The notes beneath the pieces are model-generated. The model did no database searches, was not told the origin of the DNA, and saw only the letters and a list, made by a program, of their open reading frames with translations. Below are positions 40,559-52,119 of a stretch of DNA of 64,000 nucleotides, one piece after another (position 1 is the stretch's first letter; every line of letters begins with the position of its first letter). The DNA lies in contig OX597817.1 in assembly GCA_951406725.2 (NCBI GenBank), forward strand, positions 113,956,001 to 114,020,000. Direction: 5' to 3'. The translations under genes and the position numbers were made by a program. The stretch comes from Octopus vulgaris. Lineage: Eukaryota.

Positions 40559-41208
40559 GTAAGTCCACATGTTATATTATAAATACATGTCTTTATTTTA
40601 TTGTTTTTGTTTTACACTCATTTTGGTTCCTATGCTAGCATATGAATGAAGCAGTTTTCACAAATTTTTTAGTTTTTATACCATTAAAGCTAAGAAGTGC
40701 TTTTGCTAATAGCTGCTGCTCTTCATACTATCCATTTTAATGTTTTTACCCTTTCAATGTGGTAAACTAGTACAGCCATTTGAGCCCCAAATAGAATGTC
40801 TTGCAATTGTATTTGTTCTGGCTCTTTAAACCCTGAAATCAAATCCTTTTGGGGCCCACTTTGTCTTCCATTCTGTAGTGTTAAGTATTGGGGTTGATTC
40901 TTCTCTTGTCTCTCTCTTTCTATTCTTCCTTTATTTTTTTTAAAGTTGGCTATTGGCAACAAGATGGTGCTCATAAAATATGAAACCATCTTTGTAGTTA
41001 CCCCACAAAAATTCCATAACAAGTACTCAGCTTGTCAGACCAGTTGACTTATTAAGGAAGGCTCTTCATATTACTAAGTACTCAACCATTAATTGAAAGT
41101 ACATGTCAATCAGGTTGAATAAGATAGCGAAGTAATGTCCCTTTACATTTAACTACAATATAAGTTGAAATAAGGTATGAACTGATCTTTAGCTTAAAGA
41201 TTTGGTGA

Positions 41209-41611
41209 TATCCTCATCTTGAGTGTTGATTTCACTATGTTTTGGCTGTTGTAAGTTCCATCCTTCTTCAGGCGTATTGTGTTGAACCTAGATGTTGAAT
41301 TGGAATTTTGAACCTAACCTTTTTATTTGATCCATGGGGGTACACTGTTCTCATTCTGCTTTTTGCATCTCATGACATGTTTTTACTTCAGCTAGGATTG
41401 AACTCAGAACCTCTAAGTAATTGTACTGCAAGCAATAAAATTTTCAAGAAATGCTGAGATCAGAATGAGAACAGTTTAACCCCATGAATTAAATAAAGAG
41501 TTAAGTTCGAAATTCTGATTCAACAACTGAGTTCAACACAAGACACTTGAAGAAGGCTGGAGTATGCAACAGCCAAAATGTAGTAAACAGCAACAATCAA
41601 GAAGAAGATAC
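41209..41611. repeat. Inverted repeat pair (about 150-nt arms, about 100-nt spacer) with decayed hammerhead-like cores
   Basis: 41209-41359 is the reverse complement of 41461-41611; each arm has (C/T)TGAAGA-aggMtg...cagcc-AAAA. Confidence 0.7.
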
Positions 41612-42775
41612 CAGTCTGACTAATATAAACAAAATATATAATATGAATTCCTCATCTCAGAAATATAAAATTGTTATCTAAATATGTTATTGATATATAA
41701 TGTCTCTTGTCCTGTGCTTTCAGCTGATAATATAATACAATTTCTGATAATTTTCTGTCCTTAAATGAAAAACTATATGAATTTCTAATGATAAGTGTGA
41801 TATCTGTAAGGGTGGAGAGATAAAGTCTATTGAATTACACTTGAGACATTGAGAAAGTGTTTTGAGATTTTTTTATATTTCATTTGAAATGTGTCCCATA
41901 AAAGTCTTTGTCTAATATCCTACCATATATAATATCTATCGTGATTTTTTGGGATTAAATTATTAAAAAAAATCTTTTAACACCATGTCTTACACTCATT
42001 GTTGCACAACTATGATAAGAGTAGATCATCATCATTGTTTAATGTCTGCTTTCCATGCTAGCATGGGTTGGATGATTTGACTGAGGGCTGGCGAACCTGA
42101 TGGCTGCACCAGGTTTCAATCTTGATCTGGCAGAGTTTCTACAGCTGGATGCCCTTCCTAACACCAACTACTCTGAGAGTGTAGTGGGTGCTTTTACATG
42201 CCACTGACACGGGACCAGTCAGGCGGTACTGGCAACGACCTCGCTCGAATCTTTTACACATGCCACCAGCACAGGTGCCAGTAAGGCGATGCTGGTAATG
42301 ATTACATAGTCTTTTATAATCCAATGAAGTAGTTTTTAATATTCCATTCTATATAAGGCAGCAAGCTGGCAGAATTGTTAGCACACCAAGCAAAATGCTT
42401 AGTGGCATTTCATCCATCTTTATGTTCTTTGTTCAAATTCCACCAAGGTTGACTTCGCCTTTCATCCTTTTGGGAGTTGATAAGATAAGTACCAGCCAAG
42501 AATTGGGGTTGATGTAATCGACTTAGCCTCTCCCGCACAACTGCTGGCCTTGTGTAAAATTTGAAACCAATATTTCATTTCATATAAAATTTATTAATTT
42601 AGTAAAAGAAATAATTATTATTGTATTATTTCTTAATAAAAGTGATGGGGAAATATTTGTAGCTTAATACTATGTATTATACACAACCTTAATTTCAATT
42701 TGGTTTTGGGGAAAAAGAAAATCCATTTATTATGTATGAAGTTCTACAGTAATTGTGTGTCATTTATGTTGTTAG

Positions 42776-43024
42776 GTGGTAGAAATTATATCAGAATCAA
42801 TTAAAAAAATTATGGAGTCCCAGTTTACCACTTTCGTTGATTCTGATGGCAATGGAGTTTTGAAAGAGACAATTACATTTAATGACTGGCGCAACCAAGC
42901 TTATCTTTCTTATGGTAATTTGCTTGGATATAGCTGTCAAGCTGTCACACTTCTCGCTGGACATGGAATTACTGTACAAGAAAATGCTTACAAATTTGGC
43001 ACCAACCTTGCATATGCACACCAA
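42776..43024 (+). CDS. PDSS2: PDSS2 coding exon 4 (gene incomplete in this window)
   Basis: Acceptor gttgttAG and donor GTAAGT at 43025, phase 0 to phase 0. Encodes VVEIISESIKKIMESQF...WRNQAYLSYGNLLGYSCQAVTLLAGH...AYKFGTNLAYAHQ. No C-terminal exon could be recognised in 43025-64000. Confidence 0.92.
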
Positions 43025-44499
43025 GTAAGTTAATTTTATTTATGTATGTGTGTGTGTGTATCTGTTCTGCCAAAATCTATGTGAGATTTTTGTTGTTCTC
43101 ATACTGTGTGTGTGAATCCCATGAGGGCTTTATATGCTGTAACAACTACATTGTGTCTTCTTTTATCATTATACATAATCATTAAATGCTCCTTTTATTT
43201 TGTATTCAAATAAACAATAATAATAAACATATTCACACAAACATTCAATATACAGATAGTCCAACAGATAACTTAACATATATATCTATATCTATAAGTT
43301 TGGCTGATAACTCATGAACATTTGGTGACCTTCTGTGTCTGTTTTTTATTTGTTTGTGCTTATATATATTGTTTCTTGTAACTTATTATTTAATGGGATG
43401 CTACACATTGTCTCTTAGTTTGCTGACATTAAGTGAATTCATATATTTAAATATATATATATATTACTGATTTTAAAGGTGTTATTTTGAACATGCCGTG
43501 TAGAATTTATGAGAAACTTCTCACAAGTATAAAAGCATAACTGCTGATATATGTAACACACACACACACAGCTATTTTCTCTTTCACTTAGACAAAATAT
43601 CAACAACCAAGAGAGAAAGCTGCCTGAAAATTTTAAACACTGGAGCAAACCACTGTTCCTTTCTTGGTTATAGCTTTTGTAAGTTATGGACATTGATTCA
43701 TAGACTTGTCAGCTGTTCCAAAATTGAGATCAATGAAGTTTAATGCCTGCAGGGAAAGATTTCACTGGGAGTGATTTCTAGAGAATTATAACTCAGAGGA
43801 AGATGGATTGGGCCAAGTGTTTAGTATAGGTTTGTTGGGTATGAGATGTTTTGGCACTGCTGTTTAGATGCTGCCTTTTTGAAGCTACTGATTCATTGTT
43901 GACTTATTTGACATCAGATGTTTTATCATTTCTTTTGTTCTCACCTCCACCACTCTCCTTCTGTTTATGTGTGTGAGCATATATCTCTTGGTGTATGAGG
44001 AGAGAAAAAGTGTGTCAGTTGTGATCAGTTAATAAATTGTAATGTATCTCTCTCTTTCTCTCACTTATTCTATCTCATCATCATCATCATTATCATTTAA
44101 TGTCTGCTTTCCATGCTGGCATGGGTTGGATGGTTTGGCTGAAAACTGGTAAGCTGGGAAGCTGCACCAGGTTCTGATCTGATCTGGCAAGGTTTCTATG
44201 GCCGGATGCCCTTCCTAACTCCAATTACTCTGAGAGTGTAGTGGGTGTTTTTTACATGCCACCAGCACGGGTGCTGTTGAACTAACCCTGGCATCGGCTT
44301 TGATTACGGTCTCACTTTGCTTGACAGGTCTACGCAACAACTTCGATGTTGTGATTGTTTATTTTTCAGAATGATATTGTTGGGTAGGTGTGAGAGGCCA
44401 AATCTGGCTAGTTTGGGCATAAATCAGGTAGAATATTTGGAAGAGAGAAAGAGAGAGAGAAGACTATTATAATGAAGTGCCAAACACCAGAGATTAATT

Positions 44500-45623
44500 T
44501 AGACTCATTCCGATAAGTAGATTATCTTCCTTGTCTAGGTGGCTCTCCATGCAGACAATTCTATGTGGACTACCCAAACCATTGTTGTGTGTCACGTCAT
44601 GTCATGAATATTAAGTGGTTCGAGTTAAAGAATTATTTGCGATTACATGGACAGTATGTGACTGGAAAGAAGGCGGATTTGGTTGAAAGGTTAAAAAGTA
44701 TTAAAATTCTTATGATAAAGAATGTCAATGAATTAAAATTAACAGACGAGAAGTGTACTTCCGACCGGAATAAGCAGAAACTTGTATCTCCTCTCGGTGA
44801 AGTTTTACCCGATCCTAATGTGCTGAAATCAGATTGGACTAAAGATCTTCATAAGTTGCTGAATTTTACGGATAATCACGTTCACAATTGCCTTGTGCTT
44901 CGGATGAAGGCAAAGCGACAGTTAAGGAGTGGCATATTTTACCATGACAGACACGTCCACAACATTGAATAACACGATGTTACCGAAAACAACTCTCACT
45001 GCATTGTCCGGTGTTTGGTAATCCCGTCAAAACCAACATCTAACTAAAAGAACAATCCTGACCACAGACTGTCAAAGGTCACTGGCAATGTGCATTCAGC
45101 TGATTGCAACTGCACTGCAGGGAAAGAGCCTATTTAATTATTTTGACTTTTTCCCTTGTATAATAAACTGTATTTTTTATGGATGTAAGTAAATAAATGT
45201 ATATAATAATAAATAAATGAGACTTAATTTTGAATATTTTTTATTCCTATCATATTTATCAAATATAAATGCACAGTCACATACACATATCTCTGAAGTT
45301 TATCTAATAATCGGATGGCAAGGAGTGATCTGTCGATGGTCCATTAGAATTGACGAAATACTGGAGCAAATCTGGCTATTTGCAGTGTAAACAAAGTCTT
45401 TCCTCACAAGTCTCAATGTCTGAAGCCAAATACGACGAATAACGACGTTTGCAGGGTATCTATGAAGTGAAATAGCTTTGCCGTCTACATTCTTCCCTCT
45501 GTAATTGGTGCATATAAACAGTATTTGCGTGATTTCTTCGGCGACATCATATTAACCGGCCATACAGCCTATGAGTCTATAGTCCGCGGAAGTAAAAGCA
45601 AGTTACATACGGAAGAGTTCCAA
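44500..45623. mobile_element. Internally deleted ISL2EU/Harbinger-like element: SAP plus SWIM-start gene (+) converging on a THAP gene (-)
   Basis: Plus strand: ELKNYLRLHGQYVTGKKADLVERL (SAP) ... SKVTGNVHSADCNCTAG ending about 45121. Minus strand from 45550, across two frameshifts: MMSPKKSRKYC.ICTN...SLHRYP...RRIWL..VRKDF...ICSQYF...LPS (THAP). Confidence 0.7.
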
Positions 45624-46391
45624 TCAGGGGTGGATGTACTCTAAAGCTTTAGAACTATAAAAGTATTATGTAAGAACGATAACTCTTGTTTCATAATGTA
45701 ATTTAGAGTTACTTCCCCAATCTGAAAATGTACGTGAATCAATTGTATGGAGAATATTTGAATGTATAATCAAAAGTATTGAGAATATTTGAATATACAA
45801 TTGGAATTAATTACTGCTTGATTGATCAGAATGTTTAAAAAATCAATACATGGCTGTGATAGTCTATCGTCCAGCTTATGTCTAAGAAAAAGTACACACT
45901 AAAAACAATTTCAGGAATAGACAGCCTTCTAATGTAGGGGAGGTAATTCACTAATCGTTTAATCATGTAAGGGAGATAATTTGTTTCAAGTAGGTATTAA
46001 AAAATACTGCCAATTAAAAAATACATGTAGAAAATTTCAAATAGAATTAATTTTTATTTCTCAGATATATTATATTAAAGAGAACTGCTCTCAAGTTAAC
46101 ATATTTCCCTCTTTGTCGAAGCGTTTTGAAAACTGAACATTCTTTGTAAATCAAGGATAATATGTTTCGTCTCATTTTAACGCGTCAACAAATTGATAGA
46201 CAGCGAATGTATTGTATTGGCATTTCTGAAAGAGGAAACATGTTTTTATTACGCAATAGATATATATTCTCCGTTGTTTAATTCTCGATCAACTCTGGCC
46301 AAACCTGTCTATCTTGGATGAAATAGCATTTCGGCTTTGATCTTGCTGTCCTTTTTTTGTTACGTGGCAACTGTTTTCATATTGACTAGTT

Positions 46392-47149
46392 TACAAGGTC
46401 TGATTAATAAATATCGGGATTTCTATAGTAACGTAGCTAAAGCACACAGAATGGAGCCACTTGGCACAAATTGACCTTGAACTCTACTATTCATGCACAT
46501 TAAGTTTTAACGTTCTAGCTCACTTCTGCTGTTTACAGCAGTGCTTGGAAGGAACGTCTGTAGCATGTGATCGTCGCATTGACCATGACAGAGAAAGTTG
46601 TCTTGGTGATACTTGCTCAGAGGCCTATGCAAAGTTGCAGAAAGTGTGTGGAGAAGAGTATATGAGCCACACACAAGTGAATAAGTGGTTCAGACATTTC
46701 CAAGATGAGTTATCAGAGGATGTGCACATTAGTTATGGTTCAGTTCAGTCTTTTATCACTGAAGATTTGAGTATGAGACACATGTCTGACAAGTTTGTGC
46801 CAAAATTGCTTTCAGCTGACCAAAAAGGCACCCGGGTTTGGGTTGCACAAGATCTCCTTGAGAACAATGAAAACTTTCTGAAAACTTTGTGTAGGCCTCT
46901 GAGCAGGTATTGCCAAGCTTTTGGCAAAATTTGCTGCAAATTCTTTGCTCAACTTTCTCTGTCATGGTCGATGCGACTATCACACACTACACACTTTCCT
47001 TCCAAGCACTGCTGTAAACAGGGGAAGTGAACAAGAATGTCAAAACTTAGTGCGCATGCACAGCAGAGTTTAAGGTCAATCTGTGCCAAGATGTGCTTTA
47101 GCTTTGTTAGTATAGTAACAGTCCGGATACTTATTGATCAGACCACATA
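46392..47149. mobile_element. Palindromic mariner derivative (two left ends in inverted orientation)
   Basis: TA-flanked ends tacaaggtctgattaataa / ttattgatcagaccacata. Both arms carry the 5'UTR and transposase start MTEKV...LG.TCSEAY; the centre has QVNKWFRHFQD and KFVPKLLS. Confidence 0.85.
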
Positions 47150-47181
47150 CATTAAAATGTGTAAGTTGTAAGCTTATTATG

Positions 47182-47383
47182 TACGATGAGGTGCTGAATA
47201 CTTCATGGCTTTTGGTAAAAGAAAATATAGGAGGATAACATAATTCCCTCTCAGATTTGCACACTTATTGCAGCAGTCCTTCAGTATTTTTAAGCCCTGT
47301 AAAAAAACCTTGGAAGGTTAGGTCTCCAACCAGGCCTTTGGAGATACCCTTAAAAGTCAGGAACTTTCCAGTACCCACTCGCA
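47182..47383. mobile_element. Mariner-type MITE
   Basis: tacgatgaggtgctgaatacttcatggctttt at the left versus reverse complement tgcgagtgggtactggaaagttcctgactttt at the right. Confidence 0.65.
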
Positions 47384-47689
47384 TATATATATATATATAT
47401 ATATATAAGCCCAGGCATGGTTGTGTGGTAAGAAATCTGCTTCTCAACCTCATAATTTCTGAGTTCAGTCCCACTGAATGGCACATTGGGCAAGTGTCTT
47501 CATCTATAGCTTTGGGCTGACCAAAGCCTTGTGAGGGGATTTGTTTGATAGAAACTGAAAGAAGCTTGTTTTGTGTGTGTGTGTGCATATATATATATAG
47601 ATATATATATATGTATATGCAAGTTTGTTATTGAAAATGCATCTGAATTTGAAAAAAATTGTAATTGTTTTTAAATATATTCATCGTTG

Positions 47690-48830
47690 AAGAAATAATA
47701 TTCATCCTACAGAATGACTTCTTCAACTTCAACAAGAATGCTTATAAACAAAAATCGGGCACAGTGATGGGAACTTGGGTAGCCCCTACTTTTGCTACCC
47801 TTGTCATGGCATACTTGGAGGTCCAAATATACAAGCACGCTAGACTGAAATTTGGATGACTGTTTCATTTTATGGCCACATAACCTTGAGCAACTCTCAG
47901 AATTTAAAAACTTAATCAACAGCATTAACCACTGTTCACAATGGAATACAACCACAAACAGCTACCCTTCCTGGACATCTTAATCATAAGAAGAGATACT
48001 GAAATTGAAACTGACATCTTCAAACCAACAGACTTAAAACAATATCTTCTATTCTACTCCTGCCAACTAAAACATATTAAAATAAATATACCATTCAATT
48101 TAGCAAGAGGAATTTGTACAATTGCACCAAATCCTAAAACCCGAGAAAAGTGATTATGAGAATTTAAAATCACATTATTAGATAGAAAATACCTGGCCAG
48201 TCTAATCAAAAATGTGCAAAAATTATAGACATCCAAGAGTTACAGAAAACAAGAAAACCCTATGACACACTTAAAACTTTATCTTACATATCAACACACA
48301 ATCCGAGGAATATGGAAGCATACAACATCATCCACCAAAACATACCCCTTCTTATGAATGACCTGTGAATGAAAAAGGTACTGGAAACACATAGGATTAT
48401 TAAAAGCAAGAGACAACCATAATCCTTAAAAAAGTTACTCATCAGTGTCAAATTATCCACCAAAAATACAACCCCACTAGACAAAAAGTGCAACCACCCT
48501 AACTGTGGGACTTGCATCTTCCTCTTAGAGCATACAAATTTTAGTCAAGCCAAGCTTTTACCATAAAAAATCACTTCACCTGTGCATCAAAAAACTTAAT
48601 CTATGTTCTCAAACATGGAGGATGTGATGGAGCCTACATAGGTCAAACTAGTTTGATGTTGAGGGACAGACTGATGGTACACAGGCAACAAATCCAGGAC
48701 CCCACAAACTTAAGCCCGAAATACCTAATCTTCCCTCTCTATCAATGCACTGGGAACACTTCATCCCAATTCCATTTGAATAAGGAAAGAATGCTCATTA
48801 AAAAATATAAGACACAGCTGAATATCCTTT
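47690..48830 (+). mobile_element. Penelope-like element relic (RT plus GIY-YIG)
   Basis: YKQKSGTVMGTWVAPTFATLVMAYLE, LDDCFILW, LPFLDILI, KPTDLKQYL, then CNHPNCGTC, NLIYVL..GCDGAYIGQT..LRDRLMVHRQQI. Confidence 0.85.
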
Positions 48831-50307
48831 AGAAAGAAGGAAAAAAAGACCCAATTTCTCCACAAAAAGACAACTAGATATAACAGACATGATTAAAAAT
48901 CCTTAGTAACAGTCTTCCACACAGGTTTTGAAACCACAACTCCAAACCATCATACAATAACACTATACAAACACCAGTTGCTGACATCACCTAACTCTAG
49001 ACAAATGAAATTTTACCTCCGATCAAAACCAAACTTCAGTAAATACAACAAAATGACTCTTAAAGAGAATCAACTAACTGGAATGGCTGTTGACCATTCC
49101 CCACGGAAGTCAACCAGGCCGAACGATGTCATCAGTACTTTAATGAATAAAAAATCAGATCTGTTGAAAAAAAAAAAAGAAATTAGAAATATACTGGATT
49201 CCAAAAAATGCTGTGATAAGCGAAAATCCCTGTACACGACGGAAAAAGAATTACAGAAACTGTAACAAAACCCTATTTTTTACCATCTTCATTTCTCCTC
49301 TGTTTTTCTCCCTCTCAAGTCAGTATGACTGAAACTTTGGTGATCCACATTTCTTATCGATCAATTCTAACGCTATAGAATTTTGTGCATTTAACCCTTT
49401 AGCATTTAAACTGGCCATATCCAGCCAACAGTATTCTGCTTGTTTTATGTTCAAACTGGCTAGATCTGGTCTCTCACACCAACCCTACAATATCGTTTGA
49501 AAAATGAACAGCTACCTCATCAAAATCTCATAGCTACAAGATAATGCCTGATTAGTTCAAAACAATGTGGATAAAAAAGCATTAGTTTTGGCAGAATAAT
49601 GTGAACACTAAAGGGTTAAACAAGATGATCTACATTTTTTATATTATTGAATGTTGTGAACATTTAAATCATATTTGATATTATTGAATTTTGTAAACAT
49701 TGAATCTTTTAAAGATGTTTTTCTACTTCACAATTTAAAATTTTTACCATTGGTAAACAAAAAATATTGTTGAAACTAGTTTGATATGTATGTAAATAAA
49801 TTTATTTAAAAACAATTACAAGTTTTTCAAACTTAGGTGCATTTTCAACAATAAATTTTCCTGCATGGAAATACAATACAATCCCTCTTTTGTTACACAT
49901 ACACAAACACACACATGCACATGAGTGTTTAGAGCCTTTGTCAGCCAATGTTGATTTTGTATCTGCTCATTCATGTGCAGGTATGAGCAAGACTTTTTCA
50001 GAAAGACTAGCAGTTGCTGAGGCATGCAAGCCTTCCTTGTCTGTTTATTTGTGCACCAACAAGTGTACCATTCAGGTGCTATTTAAAAGAACCATGTGGA
50101 GTCAGATGTCATGGAGGATTTTGCTTACTTAGCTGGTGTGGAATAATTGAAGCAAATTAATCACAAGCATAGAACAATTTTCTGACCATGTTAGCTGGAT
50201 TAACACTTTCAGCATCAACTCAATCAAAACTGCCTCTAGTAATTGTTCATTATTACAGCAATGATTTCCTGGCCTTTGTGCCTTGAACTTGAATCACGCC
50301 AAAATCA

Positions 50308-50966
50308 GCTTTGCTTTTCATCCTGTCCCCCTTTCTCCCCCAAAGTATTGCCTATGAATGAGGATATATTTCAGTCGTAAACATTTATTAACTTAAAATT
50401 TGTTATTTCTTTATAATTGTTGATTATTGACCATTGTGATAATTTACCCTTTAGCATTCATATTTCTCTATCAAATGTAATGCTTATTTATTCTGATTGT
50501 TCTGAAATAATCATGCATCATCTCATCTCTTTGAGATTTCGATGATATAATTATTTAGTTTTGGAATGGCATTGTAGGGTATGTCAGAGGCCAGATTTGG
50601 CCAATTTGAACGTAATTAGGTAGCCAAGATCATCTTTGCTTTTCATCCAGTTCCCTCTTCTCAAAATTTTGCCATAGGCGTAAATATTTATTAACTTTGA
50701 AATTATTTTTTCTTTATAATTGTTGATTATTGTGAAAATTAACTCTTTAGTATTCAAATTTTTCTGTCAAATCTAATGTTTATTTATTCTCATTGTTCTG
50801 AATTAATCAGGCTTTATCTTGAAGCTTTGAAATTTTGATGATGTGATCGTTCATTTTTAGAATGACATTGTAGGGTAGGTGTAAGAGGCCAGATTTGGCG
50901 GGTTTGAACATAAAATAGGTAGAATATTAGAGCCTGATATGACTAGTTTAAATGCACAATGATTAA
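50308..50966. repeat. Diverged tandem duplication (about 330-nt unit) including a piggyBac-type MITE
   Basis: tttgcttttcatcc...taaa.atttattaactt...tttctttataattgttgattattg followed by the MITE occurs twice in succession. Confidence 0.65.
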
Positions 50967-52119
50967 AACACGAAGAGAGGATATATTCTGTTTAGAAATA
51001 TGATTACAAAGATGTTAAATTATTAGGTTAACAACAAAGATGTAGTTATCACAAGTCTTTTAAATTCAGTTAAGGGAGGTAATTCATAGATACTTTTACA
51101 GAGTAACATTTCTTCCAATTTAATTATATATATATATATATTTTTTTTTCTCTTATAGCCATATTTTTAATTATTAAATTAAATTTATTGATGGTTGACT
51201 CTGAATTGAATAATAATTATTTTGTTAAGCAATGCAAAATATTAAGTTAGAAGGATAACAATGTGAAAATTTAATGGGACTTGAATCTACATCTCTTTAA
51301 TTCATACATGCTTTGCCGAGTAATTTTTTAATTCAAATTATTTTTCTTAAAATGTTTTTTTTTTATAATTTAATTAAAATTATTGTTATTTGACCCAAAG
51401 TTGAATGGCGACTTCATGTTCACATTATTAACCAAAACAAATTGTATTTTCAAAAAAAGAAAAAGGTGAAAATTCACTGGGGCTGGAACCCACATCTCTT
51501 TATTGACACCTCAGCTAAATTACCATTATACCTTATTCTTTTACTTGTTTCAGTCATTTGACTGCAGCCATGCTGGAGCATTGCCTTGAGGGGTTTTAGT
51601 CGAACAAATCAACCCCAGGACTTATTTTTTAAGCTTAGTACTTATTCTATCGGCCTCTTACTGAACTGCTAAGTTACAGGTATGTAAACACACCAACACC
51701 GGTTATCAAGCAGTGGTGGTGGGAGGGACAAACACAGACACAAAGATATACACTTATAGATATATACATATATATATATGCGATGGGCTTCTTTCAGTTT
51801 TTGTCTACCAAATCCATTCATGAAGCTTTGGTCAGCCCAAGTGGGACTGAGCCTGGAACCATGTGGTTGGGAAGCAAACTTCTTACCATACAGAGAATTC
51901 ATCTGATTATGAAAAAAATTAAAATATTTGTGTGAATAAAGGATCATTTAGCTGTTATTTTTAGCACATCTCATGACCACTTGCTGTCGCACAGCCATAC
52001 CTGTACCCATGTATACATTTTTTAAACAACTTAATCAGATGACAAAGTACAGTGACCACGACCCTTATGTACACTAACACAAATGCATACATGCACCCAC
52101 ACTTCTTGACATAGGTTAG

